64,000 bases of DNA, from positions 4,401 through 68,400 of the forward strand of contig RDNZ01000008.1 of NCBI GenBank assembly GCA_011364905.1, given 5' to 3'. The position numbers and the translations under genes are program-made. The stretch's first letter is position 1; each line of letters starts with the position of its first letter. Shown piece by piece: positions 30,101-42,100 of the stretch. The DNA is from Candidatus Thorarchaeota archaeon. Lineage in GTDB: Archaea > Asgardarchaeota > Thorarchaeia > Thorarchaeales > Thorarchaeaceae. Under the pieces are notes generated by a model that saw only the letters and a program-made list of their open reading frames with translations, had not been told where the DNA came from and did no database searches.

Positions 30101-33100
30101 TTCGCTGTAGTATGGCTTCTGTGAAACCAGTTCATTCAGCTCTCCCTGCCGGAGTCTGATCTGAAATGGCACCTGCACTTGGACTGTCTGATAATCTGGT
30201 AACGCCAAGGTTATAATGAGTGCGTTGGTTACTGTTGTACCTGCATCATAACAATCCACGGTCAAATTGTATATTCCTGGTGATATCGGAGTTATGCTCC
30301 ATATGTAAGGCCCAGAAGCATTCGTCTTATATTCCACCGAGAATAGGCTCTCGGCTCCACTAATAGGAACGAAATGGTCCAAATCTTGGAGATTCAAAAT
30401 CACAGAAACATTGTCGTTTATCGGAACAGTGGATGGAACAGGTTCTTCATTTGTGAGCTGCAACTGTATTAGTCTGACAGACCCTTGGAGGAATATTGTT
30501 GTGGTGTTTCTGTAGTAAGGCGCAACTGTAGGATTCCAAAGCAAACGTAGAGAGAAGGTGAATGTGCCTATACTGCCAAGACTTGTGGTGTCAACAAAAA
30601 TTGAATAATCGCCAGAATTCCGATAAATCCAGAAATCTGTTCCTTCTGCAAGGCCACTTGGACTTAGACAGTCGAAAACTACAATTGCATCATTGATTCC
30701 TGCACCATTTGAATCATCAACATAAGTGAAGTTGAGTGTCATATTATCATATATTGGGACAGTTGGTGTTGCTCCACGGATAACGATTCCGATTCTGTTT
30801 GCCACTGTTACCCATGAGGATGCACGTCCATCTGCATAATATGGTGCAACAGTGTTATGCCAATCTATGTAGAAGGTTATGTTCTGATTGTCAATTAATC
30901 CTGCAGCTAATACTGATGAGTTGATAGAGATCTCATAGCCAGATCCGAGATATACCATAGCGAAATCATTGCTTGATAGCAAGGTTCCCTCATTGTATAT
31001 TAACAACTGATCCTTGCTAAACTGGATTGCTTTACCTGATGTTTCATCACTATATCTAATGGTAAAAGTGACATTCTCTAAGAACTTGACTTGTGTTGTT
31101 GATGATACTATCTCAGTGATTGAGTTTCTCTCTGTTACAGTAAGTGTGAGGCTCAGAGTCGAAGTTGAATAATATGGTTCGTTATCAATCCACGATGCTC
31201 CTAGTTCAAGATTAACTGATGATCCAGCTGGTCCCAGTACTGTAGTGTTGATTGAAATGTAATAGCTACCATCAAATGGACTAAGAAGTGAATAGTCTAT
31301 ACCTTCTACCAGGTTCGTTCCGCCAACTGCAAGAGTAATTGTGGCTCCAGCGATTCCGGCAGAGGACGATGAGTCTTGATAATACACAGCGAAGTCTACA
31401 CTGTCCAAGTACTGAGTAGGTTCCGGAGATTCTGTGACCTCCAAGATGGTTGCTCGCTCCTGAAGAGTAAATGAAACAAAAGCTTCGGCCGAAAGATAGA
31501 ATGGCGATGAATCCGGATAGCTAACCTGTATCCAAAGAACATACTCCTTGTTTATCTCAAGATTTTGATTATGAGTATCAATTGTGAGAAGATAGTCCTC
31601 TGGAGCCCCTCTCCAAACTGAAACAAAGAACCATGAACTTCCATTTAGAATCCAAACTGTTGTCGGTGTTGAACTGTTGCCAATTTCAGATAGAGTCAAC
31701 ACATCACTGTAATGAAACACTACCTGAAGGGAGTTGTTATATGCTGTTTCCTCAACGGGCTCTATGAGAAGGACTGTTAGTCTATATCGCAGACTAAGTG
31801 TTCGTGATGCAGTAACTATGTCATAGTAGAAATGACTTGTACTCATCGCTACTGTGATTGTGTAAGTGCCTGGCTTCGTAAAGTAGGTCGTCTTGAGTTC
31901 AACGTCATACTCTCCATTGCCAAGTGGCATGAATGAGTATTCAGTCACAGGAATTGCTCCCGACCCATTGTACAAAGTAATGAAACCATCATCAATGGTT
32001 TGTGACTGCCCCGGCGTGATGTCATTGAATGTTAAATGTAGGGTTACATTATCGCCATACGCCGTGGGACTAATTGTTGAATAATCGAACTCTGTTTCAC
32101 GGTATCTGACGCTAATGATGACATTTCTCCCTGTCAAATTAGCATAGAATGGCGCTCCAATCCAACTGACTCCTATTGTGAACTGACGCGTTCCGAGGGG
32201 GGCTCCCAGAATGCTAGTGTTGAATGAAACATGAAACTGTCTTGCAGATGTGTTGTAGGTGAGAGAGTAATCTGCCAGTCCAATAGTGACTCTCATCTGA
32301 GAACTGTTAGCAATACTATATGAGCCGCTTCCTGCAATATCATCAAATGAGAATGAAAATGTAGCATTGACTCCATAAGGAGTGCTTTCAGGTGGGACCA
32401 AATTAATCAAAGTGCTCCTCGGTATGACTCGAACTGACACCGTATCTGTCCAGTTACCATAGAATGGCTCCTGAGTTTCGGTCCAGTTCACATGTACAAC
32501 CATTGTATACACTCCTGGTTCAGCAAAAATTGTGCTGTTGAACTCAATTGTATAGTGTCCTAGATTTCCGGAATCTTCTTTGATTGAAAACAAGGAAGGA
32601 CTGAAAGACTGGCTAACAAACTCTACATAGATGAATACATTTCCTGCTGGCGCTGATACATTGGAAATGCCATTGCCACTGTATAGCTCACTATAGAAAT
32701 AGGTGTAACTCAGATTCTCTAGATATGGCGTTGGCTCAGCTGATACAATCAGTTCAAGATCAGATGCCTCGCCTACGATTCTAACAGAAGAAACTACGGA
32801 ATTATCATAGAACTTCGGAACAGGCCCTGTCCAATTGAAATATACAGTGATATCATAAATTCCAGAGGTACCTAAGTTCGTGGCTGCAAAGCTGATTATG
32901 TAATACCCATTTCCCAAAGTTGTGTCATTCTTGAAGGTAGATGAAATCCATCCCGAATCCCCATATACAGACAAGTTGACAGGAGCGTCAATTATTCCTA
33001 AATCGTTGTCCAAGTCACCACAATAGACGGAAATATTGACCATTGCATTGTAGCTTGTTGGTTCGGTAGCACTTGCGAGTCTGAACTCGGTTAGGTGTGT

Positions 33101-36100
33101 CCTTAGAATGATGCTTATGTTGATGTACCCAAATTGATAGTTGGGTCCTTTTGAAAAGTTTAGCACTACCAAGTAAGTGCCAAGACTATCTGTATCTATG
33201 CTAGGTAGCTCTATTCTATACTGGTCGCCAGTCCAACTAATACTCAATGGATAGGTCCAGTTATGATTCAGAGTCGCCCCGATTATCGCTTCATTATGTG
33301 TGATGTCCCAGTAGTCTGCGTAGAAGACAGCAGTGTCTCCCAAAGGCAAATCGATGATAGAAACAGAAGACCTTGCATATGCATATGCAATCTGCACAAG
33401 GATTTGGAACGTGAGTGTTTTTGCTTGATATCCACTTGCATCTGCAGTAATATTCACCTCGTGGGCACCAAGGTCCCATCCTTGTACGATAATCAAAACC
33501 TCGTAAGTTCCACTTCCAATGTGCTGCCATTCAATCAAAGCACCTTCCGAAGTCATGATACCCGTCGTAATGTTCTGAACATGATCAATATCAACATAGG
33601 ATAGTGTGATTGTAACATTCGTATCAAAACTAGTTGTTACACTTGGGTAATTTGAAGACGACAAGTAAGTAAGAATCGGGCGGTATGTGAATGAAACTTG
33701 AGTAGTACTACTGTCTGTGTAATTCTCTGTGGGCTGAAAGTCCACAAAGACAATGATTTCATACTGCCCTTCTAGGAACCTTGTGTTGTCAATCGTTATT
33801 TGATATCTCCCATCTCCAAGGTTCAAGAAACTCTCAAAGGTGTAAAGTCCACCTGTTTCGTTGCGAGCGCTGAAGTAGGTCTGATCAAGTCCAGCAATTG
33901 CTGTCCCGTCAATCGGACTATCCGGTTCGCTTACATTCACATGAACAAACATTACGAAGTCATTGCCATTTGGAAATGGTTCGAGAGGCTCCCAACTCAC
34001 ATACACACCCAGTTTTCGAATCTCAAGATGGATTATGATATACGAGTCCATATAGAATCTCGGGGATGCCGTGGCACTTATCGTCGCATTGATGGAGTAC
34101 GACCCCGCTGCCCAACCACTGGTATCCACCCAAAAGCCTAGCACAGAATGACTGTCACTTCCAGTTCCCCAATCCAAGCTTACTTGGGTCAGATTGCTAG
34201 GACTTACAGGAACTGAATCAAGATCTAGATCCATCCACAAGACATCAAAGTAGACATCAGTACCAACAGGTATGGTGGAGTTATAGTTCACGCTTGGCGT
34301 TGTTCTGTGTGGAAGAATCAAGATGCTTATTGTGGTCGTTGATGATTGGTAATTTTGCTTTGAGCATGTTAGGTCGAAGTAGTAAGTTCCAGGCATAAAT
34401 GAACTCACGTCGATTGTGATGAGATAATTGCCAATGCTGGTTTCATCTACCTGTATCGGAACAATTGGAGAAATTGAGATTGTGCTACTATCTACTCCAA
34501 TTCCTGCGTGGTCGATATCAAACCAGTATATACTTGTGTTCACTTGTTGCCCCCATGGAGCCTCAACTGCATCAGGACTGAGTGGAATAGTTTCAGTTGC
34601 AATAGGCCTATAATTGAATTGAACATCTATACTGCTACTCAATAGATACGTAGTACTTGGGGTTGCTATGAACCTAAATGTGTGCTCCCCACTTGAGAAC
34701 CCTGTACTATCCACTGTCACAAGGTATGTCCCATTTCCATAATCTGTAGGTATTCCTAAAATTGTCGCATTACAGGAGAGGGTTGCACCTGTCAATGGCG
34801 TGCTATCGAATTTGTCCCTCAATGTCAACCTAATCTCAAAATTGTCGCCATATGGTGTATCATTTGGAGGTTCATATGTCATGAATGTTCTGTGCGAGAG
34901 GTCTAAATAGAGGAAATCCGTTGCATCGCTATAGAATGAGTGTGATGCTTGAACATCTAACCTCCAACGGCCATAGCCGCCTAAATCGGACGTATTCAGT
35001 GTCTTGCCATATCTTCCGTCTCCATAATCATTGAGCTGAACATCCGTGGGTGTACCACTGACGCTCCAATTCATTGATACCGTTGCACCACTCACCATTG
35101 TTGAGGTCAATGTATCTTGCAGATCAAACTCAACATAGAGCTGCTCGCCGATGAGCTTGGTTGAAATTCCATCAAGTATAGCGTCTCCTGGTGCAGTGAG
35201 GCTTAAAGAAGTTCCACGTTTCACAATGAAAGTCCTATCAAATATACCTGTTCTGAGGTTTACGTCAGAATTGCTATCACTATACCTCGTGGTAGCATGC
35301 CAAACTCCTGCAGGAGCAGAGGTGTCCAAGTTGATGGACGCTGACTCTGAATATCCTATGTTTTCCTCCAATCCTATCGAATAGAAGTTGCTTGGATTGT
35401 ACTGATTGCTGAACTGCGTTTGAATCCATCCTGCTGAACGTGTGACATCCGAAACACGCACCTCGTCGATTTGGCCATCCCACTCTGCGCTCCAGGTCTT
35501 GTTCTGAGGTTGGTCACCTTGTCCAATCCAGAAGTCCTTCTCAAATGAAGAGGGTTCAATCGCATTCGTTTTTGTTAGAACATTTGGATCCTGAACTCCA
35601 TCCACATAGATTCTCATCAACGAACCATCGTAGGTTGCCACAATCTGATGCCAAGAACCTCCAGTGACATCATTGGCTCCGACAAGCTGATGAGTATCGC
35701 CGGGTAGGCTGAAGGTTGGTTTGATGGTTGAGCCTCCGCCATAATTGATGTACAAGGCATATCCATCATACCAGCCTTTGTGGTTCATTATGCCATAGAC
35801 ATGAGTATTAGGAGTGATGTCATGCTGAATCCACGCTTCAAGTGTTATCTGATATCCATCAATATCCCAAAGAGGACTGTCTCCACAGTCTATGAAATCG
35901 TAATAACCATCAAGATTATTGAATTCCTGACCAGCGCCAATCTTTCCGACTGTTTGAGTCGGAACAAACAAGCTATCCCCATCCCCACCTTGACCATCGT
36001 TCTTGTATTGGCTACTGTCTCGATACTCACCCAGTAGTCCCGTTCCACTTTCAGAGAGGTGCCAAACCCCCAGATATCCTGAATCCCAAACAGGTCCCGA

Positions 36101-39100
36101 ATCGTACACTATTGGGGCTAATGGGTTTCCATAATACATGCTAATTACGGTGTCTGTTGAACCAGACAGTACTGGCACATTTACCCAAGCCACGAGATGA
36201 GCATGAGTCAGGTTGTAGGTTTGGTCGAAAAGTTCTATCTCATGCGAGAGTGTTTTTTCGCCAATTGTGAAGGCAATGTCCCTACCGTCGGCGCGCACAT
36301 CTGTTCTTAGATCCGTATCGTATATGTCTACTAGCACGGGGAAGTTGACAAGGTTTTCCATGACGTTATCATGACTGATTGCCAAGTATTTTCTATGGTA
36401 GTACGGAAGGGTAAACCCAGCTCCCTGAAATGTTGTACTTCCCGCATACCATGTAGAGCCTGTTGGGTCCGTCAGCTCTAGAGAAATCGTAGAACCAATG
36501 GTTCCAGAACTCCAAACATGGAATTGGATATTCTCGCCAACTGCAAACTGCCCTGTGGTGGAATAGGGCCCTCCACTGGGTCCAATTTGCATGTCAAGAA
36601 CATGATTTCTATCTAGGAATTTAATCTTCCACATACCATATTCATCAATCGCAGTTGAGCCAACTATCAGTTTACCATCGAAACATGTCCAATCGGCTGC
36701 AAATGTTCTCTCGACCCCTGAGGGACTTGCAACAGAAAATGGCCACCACTCACCCTCTGGGTATGAAATCTCAAAAGAAACCGCTTCTAATTCAGGAGGC
36801 GGAGAAATCATCACATTCGCGGTCCAAATCGGCAGACTACCATTAACGATGGAAAATGATGTGCCTTGAGTAAAGTCATCAGCATAACTGAGTATCGAAG
36901 TCTGTACTCCAAGCGACAGTTCAGTTCCAACTGTGATGCTAGATTCAGAACTTGTTGTGAAGATGTATCCATTGCCACTCACCTGTTCCTCTGACTCGAT
37001 GGAGTAGAAGGAACTAGGATTGTATTGATTATTGTACTCTGTCAATATCCAACCAGAAGACCGAATAGCAGGTGAAACTTGAATTTCATCGAATCTCCCT
37101 AGAAAACGACTGGCTGAATCAAGTTGATTCCCTCCCCATAGCCAATCACCAAGACTTGCTAGTTGGGTCCATTGTGTTGGCACATTTTCTATGGCTAGAA
37201 TCAATTGTGTGCCATCCAAGTAAATCTCAACAGTTTTCGTAGAATAGTCAAGTGTGACAACGAGATGATGCCACACATTGTTTGTAAATGGATTGGTTAC
37301 AAGATTATAATCGATGTCGTTTCCGCCCCAGGGGTAGAAGAAGTTGTCACCATCAGGTTGTACCGCCCATTCAAAGCCATCGTCTTGGATGAGGGTGGGC
37401 GGAGGAGATGGGTTCAGTATGAATCGGTCGCTTGTCGTCATAATACGCTGATATCCCCCATCGGAAGAATTCACCCAGTTAATCCAGATTGAAAGAGTTC
37501 CCCCAGATTTAATGGAGTCTAAGCTGGAGCTTTCAGAAACATTGATCATGTCATCAATGCCATCCAACTCAAATCCACTGCCTATTTGACCTTGGACTAA
37601 ATCTGAACCGCTCATAGATCCTAAGGTCGCCCCATCATTATTGTAATGAGTACTGTCAAGCACTGTTCCTGCTGGACTTTGGTCTAGATGCCATACGCCA
37701 ACATAACTTCCCCATACTGCACTCGGATTTTCTTGATTCGTCAGATCTGGGTTGCCATAATACATGGTGATTGTTGTATCGATTGAAGAAGAAAGGTCTG
37801 TCTTGACCCAAGCAATAAGATGGGCATGCGTGCCATTATATGTTTGGTCGAAGTACACGATTTCGTGTGGGCACCAAGTATATCCATTCTTGAACATGAT
37901 GTCATCTCCATCAGCCTGTACATCGGTTCTTAGATCTGTGTCAAAGATGTCAATGAGCATAGGAAAATCAGTCAGGTCTTCTGCAACCATTGCGTGATCA
38001 ACAATCAAATTCTTCCTATACTTGAACTCCGCAGTATTAACATTAGGCTGATGTTCCGCCTGGGATGTCTTTTCCGGTCCAATAGTGTAGAAACTTGATG
38101 GACTATATTGGTTACTATATTCAGTCGCAATCCATTCAGGTGAAAGCGCAGTATTTGCAACACGCACTTCATCTGTGTTTGCAGTGGACCAATAGCCAAG
38201 AGTACCACCTATCTCACTGCGGAATGCGTTTATGTAGAAGGATTCCACCTCGTCAAGACTGCCATAACCTGTAATATCAATTGGAGAATTCGGATCCTCT
38301 GCTCCATCAATGTATAGTCGAAGATAGTTCCCATCTCTTATCATAGAAACAAGGTGCCACAAATTGTCCCCGTAGGTTGATGTCGAGTAGATGTTCTTCG
38401 CTACAGTATTGTCGTCAATCGCTGCCATCAACATTCCTGGACCTGATTCTATGCTAATTCGATATCTCTTAGCCATAAGTACAGCACCTTTTCCGGCAAG
38501 GGTTCCCATGTTCACACCATCATAATTGAACCACAGTGAAAATGAGAAGTCATTAGAACCCACATTTAACGAAGTATCATTCCCACAGTTAATGTAGTCC
38601 TGTGTATTGTCGAAATCAATGCTCCCATCAATCTGTCCTTCTACCTGATCGTCTGATTGAAGATTGTATCCTGTGCCATCATTCGAATTACTTGTCGAAT
38701 CATAAAGCGGTCCGGTCGGATTTTCACTAAGATGCCAGACCCCTCTGTAATTAGAGTCCCATACACCTGCGACGTTCTCTTGGTTCCCAACGACAGAGTT
38801 ACCGTAATACATTGTGATTACTGTATCAACTGATGATGAAAGGTCAGTCTTAACCCAAGCTACCAGATGTGCATGGGTGTCATTATAGGACTGCTCGAAG
38901 GACTCTATCTCATGAGGAAGGATAATTTCACCAGATTTGAATATGATATCATCACCGTCAGACTGCGCTTTCGTTCTTAGGTCAGCATCAAAGATATCTA
39001 TGAGCAATGGAAAGTCATTTAGATCTGTGCCAACCTTTGTATGATCAATGGCTATGTCCTTCTCGTAGTTGTATTGGGTGGCTTGATTGATTTCTATCCC

Positions 39101-42100
39101 AAGTGATGTTGTGGGTTCAGGACTAACGTATGGCCTTAGAAACACGTCATCCGCATAGACAGTATTGGGTTCCGTCTGAGGACTTGCCCAATAGAACACA
39201 GTACAGAACCTGTTGACACCCTCTGAGCCTAGATTTATTCCTGTTTCTTCGACTTCAAGGTTTCCATCAACCCACAGTCTTGCTTCTCCATCCGTGGTCG
39301 AGAATTTAGCTTGTATTTCTAGCATGTGCCAAGAACCCTTGGAAATTGGACTCGTAGTCCCGTAACCATATGCTTCACTCGCAATAGCGTTCCACAGGTA
39401 CAGGGACATATCGCTGTATATGGTCAGGCTTAGCTGGTTTACCCAAACTGGGGACGTATCAACGAATTGCATTATTGTGACATGATCAGTAGTCGAAAAA
39501 GTCGCAGGGAGATAGAAGTGGACTCTAGCAAACAGACTCGTCTTGTCACTGAAATCCTTCCAGATCATTGCCTGAGCTGCGGCCTGATTGTCAACCACTC
39601 CTTTTGCTGAATAGGTACCAGTATTGGCCTGCTCCGTGGTTACTGACAGCGAGTCTCCAATATCCGTGTATGAGCCATCCCAAGAGTTAAGGTCGCCACT
39701 CTCAAACCCATCATAGAATTGGAAGACGTTGGCGTGGTTGTCTGGTGGTGAAGATACCGATGGATCTCCATAGTATAAATAGTAATTATCATCAGCTGTT
39801 GAAGATGGAATGTCAGACTGAATCCTGAACCATACCTTTGTGGCTGCAGAGTCCCATGAAGAATCAGAGTCCAATACTCTGTCCAGTTCAATTAGGCTGA
39901 AACCATTCCAATACATAATCCGCATGTCATCACCATCAGCCTGTGATTTTCCTGATGCAACCAATGCTGCGTGATCGAATGTCACCGAAGTGGAGTATCC
40001 CGCCGTAACTGGCTCAGAACCAGTGGTGACAGTGATCTGTCTACTGAATTCGTAGGTTTCTCCAAGCATGGTTTCCTCCTTTACAGTATAGAATGATTCT
40101 GGATCATTCTGATTGTTGAACTCCGTAGTGATCCAGTCTGGGCTTCGATAGGAACTTGAAACTCGCACCTCATCAATGCGACCATCCCATTCCTGTATGA
40201 AGCCAGTTGAGCCGGGGTTATTGCCTATTTGGAGAACTGATGTGCCAGTCTGGGTCGTACCGCTATAGGGTGCACTATTCCGCTCAACTCCATCAACATA
40301 CAAGAGCAGTTCACTGGTTCCTGCGTTTGCCACACCGACAACATGATGCCACTTGCCATCATTCACGAGACTGATGGGTGCAGTCACGCTCTGAGTATTG
40401 TCGACATAAAATGCGAAGGTCGAACTATCCAACTTGCCTAACCAATAATTCCGATGACCCACAGCACCCCACTTGGCTACTATCACATCCGAAGTAGGAT
40501 CTGTATTGTTTGTATGTACCCATGCTTCCACCAGCATGTCTGATGATAGAACAAGTGAAGTAGAGTGTGGTGCCTCGATGCGTTCATTGGTTCCTTCTCC
40601 ATAGAACTCGGAGCATCCGTCGAATTTTCCTGTTTGAAGAGTGGGTTCAGTACCAATTGGGAGACCCACAGCGTCATTGCTATTTGAGGTACTATCATAC
40701 ACAGTGTCAGCTGGATCCTCGCTAAGATGCCACACGGCTGCAAAAGAAGTATCCCAGACACCGTGAGGATTCTCTAAACTATTCGAATTGGGATTTCCAT
40801 AATACATGGATAACACAGTATCAGAAGATGCAGAGAGATCTGTTCTCACCCAAGCAAGAAGGTGTCCATGTGTGGAATTGTATGACTGCTCGAACAGCTC
40901 AATCTCGTGAGGGAGTATCCATCCATCTTTTACAAACACAATGTCATCGCCATCAGATTGAACATCGAATCGAAGGTCTGAATCGAAGAGATCAATAAGA
41001 ACTGGAAATCCATAGAGATCCGCGGTCACCTTAGTGTGATCGATAACAATGTCTTTCTTGTACATGAAACCAAGAGGTACTTCTTGGGGAACTGTGACTT
41101 CTTGCTCAATCCCTATCGAGTAAAAGCTAGAAGGATTGTTTTGATTGTTGAACTCTGTAAGAATCCATTCTGAAGTGGTCGTAGAGCTGAGAACATGAAC
41201 TTCATCGATTTTCGCCGATAGAAACAGATTGGGTGCTCCAGCGTTGTCGTAGTTGTCACACGCCGCAATCAGAAATGGCTCAATGGAATTAATACTTCCA
41301 TATCCAGTGATGTCAACTGGCGAGGTCGGTACTTCAGATCCATCAATGTAAAGATGGAGAAGATTTCCTTCTCTCACCATGGCAGCGTAGTGCCAGAGGC
41401 CATCATTCAGCGCTGACGCCGAATAAATGCTGATTTTTCCAGGTGACGCAGAGTTGTCGTCGATTTCTGCCTTTATTGTTCCTGAACTTGTGACTGACAA
41501 CATGTATCTGTAGGCATCTGTGCCGATAGCTCCTTTATTGGCAAGAGGTGCGTCCAGATCGGATGTGGCGAACCACAAGCTCATAACAAAATCATTGTAA
41601 CCCACTGCAAGCGAGGCTGTATCTCCACAGTCTATATAGTCATTTGATCCGTCAAAGTCAATAGCATTGCCTATTAGACCCGGGACTTTGTCTTCTTCGA
41701 GCATTGTGCCGTACGTAGTCCCATCATTGTTGTTGTATGTACTGTCAATGATTTGTGGGGCTGGCTTGCCAACAGATGGACTTTCTCCGAGGTGCCACAC
41801 GCCTTGATACTGATTTCGCCAGACCTCCTCAGGACTTTCTTTGGCCCCCATGGCAGAATTTGCATAATACATTGAGATTATCGTGTCCGATACAGATGAG
41901 ATGTCTGCCCGTACCCAGGCGACTAAGTGTGCGTGTGTTGAGTTATACTGTTGGTCGAACAGTTCTAACTCATGCGGTAGACTCCTGCCATTTGATGTGA
42001 ACATTATGTCGTCGCCGTCTGGTTGGACCTTCGAATGCAGGTCTGAATCATAGATGTCAATCAACACTGGAAATCCCGTGAGGTCGGCTGCAACTTTATT

